Assembly: GCF_032062105.1 (NCBI RefSeq)
Contig: NW_026940997.1
Coordinates: 1,054,001 to 1,118,000 of the forward strand
Direction of reading: 5' to 3'
Length of the DNA: 64,000 nt
DNA from: Saccostrea cucullata
Lineage: Eukaryota
Of the stretch, positions 12,242 through 25,276 are shown piece by piece; the first letter of the stretch is position 1; each line of letters begins with the position of its first letter. The translations under genes and the position numbers were made by a program. Below the pieces are notes generated by a model that worked only from the letters and a program-made list of their open reading frames with translations, did not search any database and was not told the DNA's origin.

Positions 12242-15009
12242 AGGGCTGTTCGGAAATTATTGAGACAATTACATTTACTCCATAAAGGACGGAGATACTT
12301 TCATGAAAATTCATCAACATTTTATAAAGAACGAATAAAATACTTATGTAAAATTTCTAATTCCTATGATAGTAAGAAAAGTTTCGGTGAAATGATAAAC
12401 GTGCATATGTCTATCGACCCGGAGCAGCATCGCTACGTCATTTAACGTCACGTTAGCCGGAGGTGGTTTCGCATGTAAAACGATCGGGAAGCATGCATAC
12501 TTTTCCTTCTTTGTAATTACATATAACAGTACAAAAATCAAACAGTCTCTTTTCTTACACTTCCTTAAAAATGTATGTTGTTGCTACCTGAGTGTAAAAT
12601 TTTCATTTGTGGAAAACGCTGACTTAAAATCAAGCAGTGCCAATTTATGCAACGCAAGTCAACAATATTAATACCGTAACGACATTAATACAGCACGTAA
12701 TAACTGATGGTCGTCCGGGGCTTTTGATTTTACTCTGGTTTAATTAATTGTAAAAGAAAAATGTATACCAATGAAATAACAAACCCTAACACATTATTTT
12801 TTCTCGTTGTTATTATTTTAGCAGGTCGTTCAGTCTGGAAAAGAGTTATACATTGCGCTACACAAAATTTTAGGTATGATGGCTGCTCCGCCCTTGACGT
12901 CAAAATCCATTTTTTCGTTCTCAGTAGATTTCTCTATCGCGCTTAATTTTTTTATGATCTCCATATTCCTGATTAAAATTCTAACAAAGTTGCACAACAT
13001 GAATTTGAATTACAGCTGAAAAATTATACACATAAACAGAATTATTTTCGCTCTTATTATGGGTCCACGAAGAGTTAGAACGTTGGTGTTACATATTTTC
13101 AATATCTGATTTCGAGACTGCTCCGGGTACCCCTACTGATGACGCATTTATATACCATTGTACAACAAATATTTAATATTTGTAAAATATTTTTTGCTTA
13201 TATTAATTCTTAGTGTATGTCATACGCATATGCAAATTTTCACCGAAAGACGTTCATTAGAAAGAAAAATATACACAATGTCTTAATAATTTTCGAACAT
13301 GCAGCCCTGTTAATACGAAAATATTTCCGTATTTATGCTCAAATCTATTACGTATTTCTGTTCGCCATGTCCAAGTTTTGCTGTTCTCAGAAAGATTAAT
13401 ATTAATCGCCAGTAATCAAGGAGCCCATTACGTAGTAAATAACACCCAATTTTCTTAAGTATATCATGTTGAACAGACAAAATTTTATTTAGTGTTTCAC
13501 CAAATACAATTCTTTTGGTCATAGCAGATAACTTCGAGGATTGACGTCCTGAAGCAAAAGACGCTCCCCACACAAGTGATCAAAATTCAAAATACGGAAA
13601 TTTTTAACAAAATCAGGATCTCTATGTACATCACTGTTTCAAATACACTAATTTATATCCATTTGTCATATATTTTGACAATTGACACAGCAGTATATAA
13701 TAATGAAATAAAAAATAAATATATTGCCATAGCAGACAGGTCAAAATTCCAATCTGTTTTCAAGTGGTGATTTACATACCTGACCAACCCAAACCTCACA
13801 GAGCAACAACAGCAACCCATACCCGACCAGGCCACTGCAACCAACTGTCCATTCCAAAAATCCAAGATCATATTGAAAACACATACAATGCATGTGTGTT
13901 TGTTAGAATGCAAAATTGTATATGTGTTTGTTAGAAAGCAAAAACTGTGACCTAATGACTATAATTTCCAATGAAAAAATCAAAATCTTATGCAGTAAAG
14001 ATGATTGAGTCAAAATATAGTGATAAAAATGTAAGCCAAGCTCAAAGTTAAGCGTTCGTGACAATCTTGTCATTAAGTTAAAATGTAATACTGAAGTGTT
14101 TCTTTTTTCAAAGATGCAGATGAAATTAAATTTCCAGATTTACTAGTTTTATAATTCATTTTCCTAACTCTCTCAAAAGATTCTGATCCTCACCCTTTCT
14201 TCGAGAAAAAAATCTTTGTACAAGTAGTTTAAAAATATTTTTGACCAGCAGGAATAACATTAAATCTAGGTGTATATGTATTTTCATCGAACGATCAGTC
14301 AGAAAGATTAAAAATAATGTATAGAAAATATGAAAAAATTATGAAATTGTAGTTATTACAGGGATTTTTTTTGTAGTTTTATCCTTATAATCATACCTTA
14401 TTATTATTAGTTTATAGCCCTAAACGAAAAGCTTACTGTCGACAATTGGAATACAATTTGCTTCCTTTCGTAAACTTTAGATCGTATTGTAAAATATTTA
14501 CAACAATGCATGTGCAGGCATTGTACAAATTGTATTCAATTGACCGAATGCAATACTTGTAATTCATTGTAGAAAATCCGAGTATCTAACATCTAAGTTT
14601 ACTTATTATATATAATCTTTATATTTCTATTTCTTTGAAAGTTAGGAGACCTGATTTCTTGATAATTCAACCTGGAAGTCAAATTCACCAAGTGAAAGGT
14701 CATAATATGCTTGCAGCTGTCTTTGTTTCTGACGTCAGTGGGCGGTGACTATTGAAATTAACATGGGATATTTCATGTATTTTAAATCTATTCGACAACA
14801 TTTTTAAAAACATATTTTATATTTATTATTTTTATTCACCATGAAATTTGAATATAAGAATTCACTGTCTAGTTTGTTGGGTATACCAGGGATGTCAACG
14901 ACAGTTTTAAACATTCGATAAATTATGCATAACTGGCTTTTCCTGTTATATATGAAATATATGTGTGGGGATAACAAACAGTATTCGAAAACAAATGCCC
15001 ATTAAACAT

Positions 15010-16000
15010 TACATAATAGGAGCCGAGTACACGGACCTCCAAAACATTAGAGGTGCGATCAGTTGCCATGAAGAAGTGAGTATCCCCTGTCGACCAGTCA
15101 CACTCGCAGTGTGCTCCTTGTCATAATCGTGAAATAAAGAGAAAATTCGTGGACAACTCAGTATGTAAATAATGGCTTAACAATCATTATAAAAAAAGTC
15201 AGTCAGCATTTGACGTAATGTTGAATTGTATTTGCTGACAAGGTCAATGTATCGACCATAACTTACGAAATGAAGACATTAAACGAGACTGCTGGTACTC
15301 TTGATCCGTCGACTTGTTTGTCAATAAATTACTTCGTGTTAGAAATTGTTCTTTTGTAGAATATGCTTTTCAGTATCAAATCAACTGAGAGATGTAAACT
15401 CCATATGCAGGTGACAAAGAAATATTGCTGCATACGTAAGGGAAGTTGACGATTGAAAAATTAAAGTCATCACGTTTATCATAAAGCTTTGTTGTTTGAT
15501 AATCATTAACCAGTCTTTTTGTAGTAAAAGATCCAAATATGAAACAGAAGTGTCAGAATCTGTGGTATCTTTTTTTTCTGCTCACCGGTATATATCTAGT
15601 CGACATAAGAATGGAATAACTATTGTTGATTGACAGTACGTGGTCGAGTTGAAGACCACAACAAGTGTTTTATTCTTTTCATGTAAAAGATTTGAAACAA
15701 ATTATGCTTCATATGAATACGAAAAAGGTCTGCTAATACCGGAGCACAATCGGTAACCATTGAATTCCAACAGAGTATTGGAAGACATGGTTTCCAAAAA
15801 CAACATAGATAATGTCAATCAGAAACTCAATCACTTTTTTAAATATCAACTCAGAGTACATGTGTACAATCAGAATGTTTTTAAAAGTGATTTTGCAAAT
15901 AACCAATGACAAGGTAACTAAATTTATAAGTTCCATTTTTTTTTAAAGCAGCTGTTTATGCTGTCAGAAAGCCTGGACTTTTATTTATCGTGCGGTGTAG
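15010..16000 (-). mobile_element. Decayed Penelope-like RT + 3' tail
   Basis: Minus-strand IEFLIDIIYVVFGNHVFQYSVGI, YDKRDDFNF and tail motifs. Confidence 0.7.
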
Positions 16001-16559
16001 TTGTATGAAAAGCAAGTTATCCCATGTTTCTGACTATTGTTGATGCCTTGGCATACCCAACAAACTAGACATTAATTCCTTTAAAAGAGAATGTGCTACT
16101 AAAATTAATTAAAAGACAACAAACTTACAGACTGGTTATTAAAATGTCCTCATCAAGAATCAGAGTTAAATGGACAATTGAACAAAATCTTGAATCAAAA
16201 AGTGCTAATTGAGGTTTATATTCAGTTATAAAAACAAAGTCATCAATAGGAAGTTTGTTTCACTATTAAACATCGCCCTCTCATGGAAAATTGTTTACTA
16301 CGCTGCTGTGAGTGCTGCGAGATCGTCATTCTGGAAATTATGCATTTTTTCCGTTTCCTGTTTGATGGATTTGGTTTATTTCACTCGATCATTTCGAACA
16401 TTTTTCATATCAATCGAAGCTGATCGTTTTTATTCCATTATATCTATTATTAAATTGAGTTACCCTAAGGCAGTATGAAGTTTTTTAACATACAAATGGT
16501 TCCCAATGAATTTGAGGGCTAGAATATAACCAAATTCCCTTCGAATTTTTTTCTTTTAT

Positions 16560-16940
16560 ATGGAGAAGGATATGGAGATAACGAAAAGTATTCAATATCA
16601 TAGTCCATAAAACTATACAAATTAAGAGCAGAGCAAACACGGACCTCCGAAACATCAGAGGTGGGATCAAGTGCCATGGAGGAGTGAGCATCCCCTGCTG
16701 ATCGGTCACACCCGCTGTGTGCTCCTTGTCACGATTAGGAAATAACGGAAAAAACCGTCAATTCAGCGTATAAATAATAGACTAACCATTAGTATAAAAA
16801 ACGTCCGTCAGCATTTGACTCAATGATATATTGTATTTGCTGACAAGGTCATTGTATCGACCATAGAACTTACGAAACGATGACTTCAAACGAGACTGCT
16901 GATATTCTTGTTTCATCAACTTGCTTGTCAATAATTTACG
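16560..16940 (-). mobile_element. Penelope-like 3' end (RT C-terminus + tail)
   Basis: Near-complete reverse copy of 18890-19250. Confidence 0.75.
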
Positions 16941-17749
16941 TCACCACTTATTTTGCTGGTAATGGCTCCAAATTTAAATCTCTACTCGACAGCCATGGTT
17001 CTTTTTTCGTGCCAGCATCTACTGGTTCATGCGACCTTTTTATAAAGTCTCATCCGAAGGACCTGTCTCCATGTCGAGCAGTAGGATTCGAACCAATGAC
17101 GAAAGGATTAGATCTTTAATCTGAGAATCTACAGCAAACGCCTAACTACTGCACTACACACCATGACGTTTCCGCCTCCTAACTTTTTACTTAATTGAAT
17201 GAAATGTGAGGATATCGAACAACAATCAAGCTCAAAAGTCTGATTAAATTATACAAATTGAAAAGAAAACAAGTATAGACACCCTGAAAACACAACGTCG
17301 AATCAGTTACTATAGAAGAGTGTTGTACAAACGGCTATGGCTACAAAAGTAATTTTGTTGAGTAAGAGGCCTATAAGTAGGATTCAAGTAGTGTTTAACT
17401 GTATAGTAGTGTTTAACTGTATTGACTGGACTTATAAACAAGATTCAATTAGAACATTAATTAACTTAATGATAAACATGATGATTCCCATTTTGTTGTA
17501 TCTACTTATTTTATTTATGTAGCAACATTCCCTTATCATCTGCATATGGAGTTTTTGTCTTACAGGCCAGTTGATTTGATATACAAAAGCATTTTCTACG
17601 TATGAAAAATTTTGTATTTCAGCTTTTGACAACAACCTCATTTAAATTCTACCGCCGATACAAAGATCTCGTCAGAAAATACAAATATTGTAAAGTCGAA
17701 TACTGACTGACATTTTTCATATTCATTTTTTAGACCATTGTTTTCAAAT

Positions 17750-19250
17750 TGATTTGAAGATACATTGCGGGTTCCAGTAAACGTTCAACCAAGCCTCTTT
17801 CGTTACTTTTCACTAAGATATTGACAGTAAGGAAAAAGTTCTGTGCAACAACATATTCAAGAAGTGGTGTGAATCAGATGTGGATGCTCAAAAATTCCAA
17901 AGAACTTTTGGACAATTTGAAAACTCAAGATTTTACCAAAATCAACAGCTTAAAAACTTACGACTTTTCAACTTATATACAACCATTCCCCACGATAAAT
18001 AAAAGTTCAGGCTTTTTAATATCATTGACAGCTGCTTTTTTAAAATAAAAATGGAACTCGTAAATTTACTTACCTGGTCATTGGTCATTTGCAAAATTAG
18101 TTTGTAAAAACACATTCTGATTGCACACACAAGTACTCTGAAGTTGACATCAAAGAGATGCTTGAGTTTCTGATTGACAATATCTATGTGGTTTTTGGAG
18201 ACCAGGTCTTCCAACAATTTATTGGAATTCCCATGGGTACCATTGCGCTCCGTTTTAAGCAGACCTTATTTCATATTCATATGAAGCAGAATATGTACAA
18301 AATCTTATGCGTGAAAAGAAGAAAACACTTACTGTGGCCTTCAACTCGACATTAATATACTGTAAACCAACTGCGAGAAATTTTCGCGAAGTTCGCGAGA
18401 GTCTTGTCATCGCGAATATTTCTCGCCGCGAACCGGTCCTTAAAGTGTATGTGTTTATTAACAACAGATCCAAAAAGGCTTGATCGCGAAAATAAGCATA
18501 GTATATCCCTTGTAAATCGCGAAATAAAGTCGTCGCGAATAAAAGTTGGTTTACAGTATATCGACGACGTATTGTCAATTAACAATGGTTATTTCCTTTC
18601 CTACGTCGATACGATATATCCTGGTGAGCTTGAGATAAAAAAAAATACCACAGAGTCTGACCCATCTGTTTCATACTTGGATATTTTACTTGAAAAAGAT
18701 GTTAATCTAACAACCAAGCTCTATGAAAAACGTGATGACTTTAACTTTTCTATCGTCAACTTCCGTTACTTATGCAGCAATAAACCTTCATCATCTGCAT
18801 TCGGAGTATATATACATATCTCAGTTGATTCGATACGCAAGAGCATGCTATACGTATGAACAGTTTCTAAAACAATGTAAATTATTGACAAACAAGTTGA
18901 TGAAACAAAAATATCAGCAGTCTCGTTTAAAGTCATTATTTCGTAAGTTCTATGGTCGATACAATGACCTTGTCAGCAGATACAATTTATCATTGAGTCA
19001 AATGCTGACTGAAGTTTTTCATACTAATTGTTAGTCCATTATTTATACAATGAATTGACGACGGATTTTCCGTTATTTCCCGATCATGACAAGGAGCACA
19101 CAGCAGGTGTGACCGTTCAGCAGGGGATGCTCACTCCTCCATGGCACCTGATCCCATCTCTGATGTTTTGGAAGTCCGTGTTTGCTAAGCTCCTATTTTG
19201 TATTGTTTAATGGACTTTGATATTGAATACTGTTCGTTATCTCCATATCC
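17750..19250 (+). mobile_element. Decayed Penelope-like (Naiad-like) retroelement: RT core to 3' tail, interrupted by a MITE
   Basis: Frameshifted RT pieces: SRSGVNQMW.LKNSKELL, KTYDFST, LEFLIDNIYVVFGDQVFQQ.IGIPMGT, YIDDVLSINN, SYLDILL, KRDDFNFSIVNF, SQLIRYARAC, FRKFYGRYNDLV. The ORF ends without a C-terminal endonuclease and is followed by a conserved ~180-nt tail. Confidence 0.8.
18358..18558. mobile_element. MITE (TACTGTAAACCAACT termini) inserted at the RT YIDD motif
   Basis: Inverted termini tactgtaaaccaact / agttggtttacagta; CpG-rich interior; a second copy is at about 59472-59696. Confidence 0.85.
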
Positions 19251-20349
19251 TTTTTACGGATTTTCTGTATTACGGACTATGAGAAGGCACAGACGGCGTT
19301 TCGAGGACATGGCCGTTGTGATGGTTCGACAGGGGATGTTTACTCCTCCTTGGAACCTGATCCAATTTCTGTTTTATTTCTAGAGACTCATGTTTCCCAT
19401 ATTATTCTTTCAACAATCTTTTAAGCTTGATTACTTTTCGATGTCTTCATAAATCAATATATTCGTTTTTCTTCTTGAAAAATAATTGTCCATAAATTGT
19501 TTCAACTTTTGTCAAATTATATCCCCAAAGTCTTTTTCTTTTAAAAGATATCAAAATTCAAAAGTTAAAAAAATAATTTTTGTTAGGTCACACAAAAAAT
19601 AATCCTATGTTGATCATTGTTGATATCGCATGAAATCACTTTCGAAAAATTAAATTTATCGCTTACATGTTTATTTCATGAAGAACAAACCCGAGCATTT
19701 TTTTCACAACAAAGTACATATATTACCTGTACACGGTTCACTTTAAAAAATCATTTAAAATATCTGATTTTTCCTTTATTCTTTAAATATGCATATTAAT
19801 GTAAAAGTTACTACGGATTATATTCAATTAATTTCTTAATTTTGAAAAGATGTATTATGACTAAGGCTTCTAATAATAAAGAAAAAATTCGGGTTTGAAA
19901 ATCTTCATTATTAAATATATTAAACTTATTTTTTTTTCAAAATTGACTTCACAACAGTTTAACTTCCGTCAGGAACTACTGTTTGTCAATAAGGTTTTTG
20001 ATCTGCGTTTTCCATGTAAGGATTGTTGTAATAAACTATTAAATTAATCTTATAATATATTTTTATATATAGTATCTATGTAATGACGTACTTTTATTGT
20101 GTAAGATAATATGTGCCTGTTTCGGGTTAAGCGGCTTTAAGCTTTCCCTGTTGATCAGTTACATCCACCATATGCTCCATGTATTGACCAAGAAGACAGA
20201 ACATCCCGTAGTCAAATTGTTAAATAAACAAAACAAAACAAAGGTCTAACAATTATTTTAATATTTTGTTTATTAAAACGGTGCAATTGAACAATCCATG
20301 CACATAAAACAATATTAAGTAATATTATATACTTGTAGTTATATTCAAC

Positions 20350-20800
20350 TATCATGGTGTTAATGTCTCCAACTTATTCGCCACTCAAGAGCTCGCTCTG
20401 AGTACGATCGATTTTTAAAGCGAGGCTAGCTACTCACTGATAAGTTCATGTTACAGGGATTTCAACAGCCTCGTTAAAAGTCAGTATTTTGTATATTTTA
20501 TGGACGCTATAATGACCTCGTTAGCACTCCTATCCTATCCCTGGGTTGTATTTTTGCGGACTTGTTTCATACCGGTTGTTAGGCCTTTGTTTTTATATTG
20601 AATTGGCTACGGACAGTAGCTACCTACAAATACAAGGTTTCACGGCGGATGTGAACGGTCAATAGAATATGTGTACTCCTCCTAGAAACCTGAACAAACT
20701 CTGGAACTTCCTTGGGTCCTTGATTCATGCCCTTTTCACATAAATGTATTGTTCATGGATTAATTTTAGATCGGTCACTGTTCGTTATCTCTACTTTTTA
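20350..20800 (+). mobile_element. Decayed Penelope-like RT C-terminus + tail
   Basis: SQLIR-like, FYGRYNDLV and tail (gtgaacggtcaatagaatatgtgtactcctcctagaaacctga ... cactgttcgttatctc). Confidence 0.6.
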
Positions 20801-22714
20801 CACACGGGCAAACTCTACTTGTACCAGCTAAAGAAGGTCCCGCATTCACTTTATATAATTATTTCTGGTGAGTGAAATAATCCCATTGAAGAGTAAGTAT
20901 TTCTGTCAACTGGTTACACTATTGGTGACATCCGTTCAATATTTTTCCAAACCAATCCTACACTGGCAAAAAAGATCATTGAATCGACTGCAGAGATTGC
21001 AAAAATGATGAATCAATATAGATTGTTCAGACACATATATTAAAACTTATTTGATACTAGCCTGTTTCGGTGTAGAAATTGTTATTCTGTTCTTATTTTT
21101 TTTTAATGAAATATGGACATAAAGGACAATATTGGAGCTCAAAAGTCCACTATAAGGCAATGCAAATCGGTAGAAGAGCACAAACCTCTTAAAACATCAG
21201 AGGTGGGATCAAGTACGAAATATACACATGGATTCCATATACATGTACAGGAGATAATATAGTATATGGCTATAGAACATTGATATTTAAACAATAATAC
21301 ACACCCTTTTCCAAATAAAATCACATAAATCAGCCCCAGACAACAAATTAATTACATTTATATCAGCTAGAGGACAAAAGGCCGCGGGCTGATATTGGTC
21401 GAGAACTAATATTGGATATGATGGTGGCATACTTCTGCTCCCTTTATGCAAGCTAGCCCTATTTATCTAAAGATTGTTTTCATGCAAAACGTCGCCTTTG
21501 TAAATACAAAATGTATAAAATATTTTTCTGGTAAACAACAAACCATATTCACTCCATTATTGTGTTCACTCCTCCATGGCACCTAATCCAGTCCCTGATG
21601 TTTAGGTCCGTCCTTGCTCTGCTCCTGATTATCACTATTGTTAGAATGGACTTTTGAGCTTGATTACTGGTCGTTATCGACATATTTTTCATAATAAGAT
21701 ATAATATGGAAATGGGTTTGTTTTATTGAATACTTGGTATGAAAAAAAGAGCACATGCCTACTTTTAAAACAAATACAGATAAGTCATCACTAACTTGTA
21801 TATCAAATAAAATGTTTTGTTTGTTGTTAAACGTCTATTCTGGAAATTTTTCACTTGTATGTAGACGCTATCATGGAGGGGTCATATGCAAACTATCGTT
21901 TTCTTTCTTTTTTGTTTATAAATTTTGCAAAAATCTAATTCTGGAACCGAGGCCCCAATAAGGAGTGTGGGGTGGGGGAAATAAAGTTTGTTGTTTCTGA
22001 ATAAATTCTGATTTGAAAGATTTAAAAACGAGTATGTTAATATGGGGAAAAGATGGGAAATCTTGCCTTGGTTTTCAATGCTTACATATATTTTTTCAAT
22101 GATTAACTCCAAAATATTCTAGATCCTATTACATATGTAAGCTTTGCCATTTTGTTTTTAGATATCTATTAAATGTCTTTGGGTTTTTAGATATCCAAAC
22201 TGATTTACTATTCACAAAATTCCTTGAATTTATCTACAAGTGTGTTGAATTATTTTTAAAAGTGTATCCACTCAAAGAATGAACATTCATTTCACTTTGT
22301 ATTAATGACGATCAAAAAAATTAAAATTCAAATTTGCGTGAAGGAAACAAGCAATGGAATATACATTGAAATTTTAAGTATAGCAATTTTCTTGGAAATC
22401 ACCAATTAGAAGGCTGATTCATTGAAGGATTAGTTAAAATTGGGTCTTTTAGGAAGAAACGTGTCCAAATTCTGGAGAAAATCAGTTAAATCGTATCGCA
22501 TGCATGTTTGACCTAAGATATCCATGTTGAAACATGCAGGAACACGAAAATAAACATTCAGTCCTACTCTAATGAAACCTCAACAATATGTCTTATTAAT
22601 CTTTTTCAGTATCCTTTGATATGGCTAACTGTCACTCGTGTAAATTTTCACACTAAGGATGTTGGACATTATGTAATTGATGTGATCCTGCATAGCTCAT
22701 GATGCAACAAATTT

Positions 22715-22784
22715 GTATAAAAAGAGCCACGAAGTGCCAATATCGTAACAATCTCTTTAGGAACCGGCTGGCTCTTCCAGAAAG
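22715..22784 (+). promoter_or_regulatory. Putative TATA box and non-coding first exon of Kunitz paralog B
   Basis: GTATAAAAAG at about 22715; donor aaag|gtaaat at 22785; acceptor tttcag| at 24012, just before ATG 24018. Confidence 0.5.
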
Positions 22785-22842
22785 GTAAATTTTAAATCAT
22801 TTACATCAAAGAGTTTTGATCTAAGTTCTTTTTAATTTTTAA

Positions 22843-23597
22843 GGGGGCTGACTATAGTTTCCATTGCGCAATATTTCGCGCATCATAGTAAAATGAAGCG
22901 TATTTATTGTTTTAATGCAACTTTTTTGCTTAATTATCAAAATTAAAACAAAAGTAAGAAATTATAGGTATAAAAATGTTATTACAATTTGATATAACTG
23001 ATTTTTTAATCGATTTTGCAATTGATAGGTAGGTTGACGTCGCTGCAGTGTCTTTTTGACGTTATGATAATCTGAAGCTCTTAAAGAAAGGGGTAATAAA
23101 AATATTATTACAGAAAAAGTAATAAACATACGCTCTTGAAATTTAAAACATGGAAATTTTAGAATATGTCCAAGATTTTTATTACGTTTTCTTGTGAATC
23201 AATTGTTTACGTCATATTTTGTTGTACTCTATAAAAATAGTAAAATTTGCTAATTCTTTTGCATTTTGGGATGCCCCCTCTCTTAACAAGACGGTAGAAT
23301 TTTCTGTTTCTTACATATATTGTGTAATAAAGTATTACTCATCAAATATTATAGTTTGAACAAAATGTCTATTGTAGTATTAGTATAATTTGCTTTAAAG
23401 TGCTAACAATTGGCATTTTCCTATTTAATCCCATAGTAAATGTACCTGTTTTTTGAGATGGTCCCTCAAAAATACCTGGAGGGTAAATTCTCCCCAAACT
23501 TTGCATGTACACTGATGTTAATGTAAATTATATATGGTATAAAAATGAAGAGTTTCCCTATTGTAGTTTTCACACAATAAAACTATAGTCGCCCCCC
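22843..23597. mobile_element. Kolobok-type non-autonomous DNA transposon (TTAA TSD), in predicted intron 1 of Kunitz B
   Basis: TTAA|gggggctgactatagttt ... aaactatagtcgcccccc|TTAA. Confidence 0.75.
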
Positions 23598-24017
23598 TTA
23601 AATATTCAAATTAACTGAAGAAAACAATGGGAATGTCAATAAAGAAAAAAAATGAATTTAAATGAATTTAAAGAATTTCTGAAGTAAGTTCCGCGGTTCC
23701 TTTAACAACTGTATAAAAGTATATCTATTAATTCTAACGAGATGAATGGCAAATTTTGATATCTTATTTTCAATATTAATGTTAATATTAAACGGTCTTT
23801 TAAAAAAGTATGAAAATAACATTCCCATTTTAAAAATTCAAATGTTAAGTCTTCAAGTACTGGTATTTTTCAACGAGATGACTGGTTAATCTAAATTCAT
23901 TTCCATTAATTGTATGTAATTATGCCCTTACTATCTTTCTTGGGGGGGATGTGATTTTCGAATTATTTGTGAAAAAACAAAGCACTTTTATTAACATTTT
24001 TCAATGTTTCAGGTGAA

Positions 24018-25176
24018 ATGATTCTGAAGGTAGGATTGTTAGTTGTCCTTCCCCTTGTATTGGGGATCATACCACCAGGATCCAGATATGGATCCAGCGG
24101 CAACGGAGGTAATGGAGGCATTCCAAACTCTGGGATGAACACAGCATCTCCAGGCAACACAATCAGAATGCCTGCACCAAACAATATGAATGCTTCACCG
24201 AATTCAAACAACAATAGAAATATTGGGGGAAACATGAGACCAGGAGGACGTTTCCCTGGAAATGACCTTCCTTATCGTATGTTGATCTTAAACCCTTACA
24301 TTTATAATTTTTCTTTTTGCCATTGTATTCAAAATAATTAAATTTGAGGGATGTATTCTATATATCTCTATATTTTTTCATCAATGCATGCTTTAATCGG
24401 TCATGTTAGAAGATTTTAAGTAGAATCTGTTTTAATCAACAGAGTGCACCATGTACAGCGACGCCGGTTATTTCTGTCCTTGGGGTTACCCTAGCCCAGG
24501 TACAAGATACTTTTTCAATACATACTCCGGACGTTGTGAAAGCTTCTACTACCTTGGTTGCGGAGGCAACCTTAACAGCTATTCCTCTCGCGAAGATTGC
24601 ATCAGATCCTGTGCATGCTTCACCTACGCTGATTACGGAAACTATCCTTGTTATTATGGAAGCACTCGCCGGTGGTATTTTAACAAATACTCAGGAACCT
24701 GTCAACAATTTTATTTCAGTGGATGTAATGGTGGAAATGACAACAACTTCCGAAGCCAGTTAGAGTGCCAGTCTGCTTGTGGACCAGCACCTTGTGATGG
24801 ACCATGGTGTGGAGGTATGATTGCAATGGGAAACAGAAGGCAAGGAGGACAGGCAGCTGCCCAAATAGCTAATGCAAATACTAGAGCACAGGCACCTGCC
24901 CCAGCCATAGCTAACCAACCTGGAATTAATGTAATGCCTGCCATCGCTCAACCCAATATTGCTATGCCAACCAACAACAAGGGTTCATCAGGCGCAAACA
25001 CAATGACTATCGATATGACAAATAACATGGCCGACGGAAACAACAATGGAATGGACATGAACGCATTTGCTAAAATGGCCTCTTCTGCTATGAATCAAAA
25101 TTCCAATGCAAATGCAATGAGCATGGTCTATCCTACCTCGAATCAAATGAATTCTGGAAAAACCATGTACATTTAA
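24018..25176 (+). CDS. Secreted double BPTI/Kunitz-domain protein with N/G/M/A-rich arms (paralog B), 330 aa; exons 24018-24276, 24443-25176
   Basis: Signal peptide MILKVGLLVVLPLVLG. Donor tc|gtatgt at 24277 and acceptor caacag| at 24442 join in phase 1 (C+AG=Gln) before CTMYSDAGYFC. Two Kunitz domains plus an extra CDGPWC. AATAAA at 25218. Confidence 0.9.
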
Positions 25177-25276
25177 AAACCAATTATAAAAAAAAATCAC
25201 ACTTTTAAAACATTTTGAATAAAGTCTTTTTTCAATATAGTGTTTCGCTTTAAAATTTTCTTTATCAATTTATTAT

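Noticed and set aside
14730-14745. CRE (TGACGTCA) next to a GC box (GGGCGG)
   Set aside because: No associated exon or ORF was found; the motifs alone are insufficient.
19080-19160. SECIS element in the PLE tail (ATGAC..)
   Set aside because: I could not build the GA/GA quartet + AA apical loop geometry by eye, and no conserved in-frame TGA is demonstrable.
18158-19210. ORFs with RT motifs as a functional reverse transcriptase or retron-like system
   Set aside because: Multiple frameshifts and a MITE inserted at the catalytic YIDD; these are dead copies.
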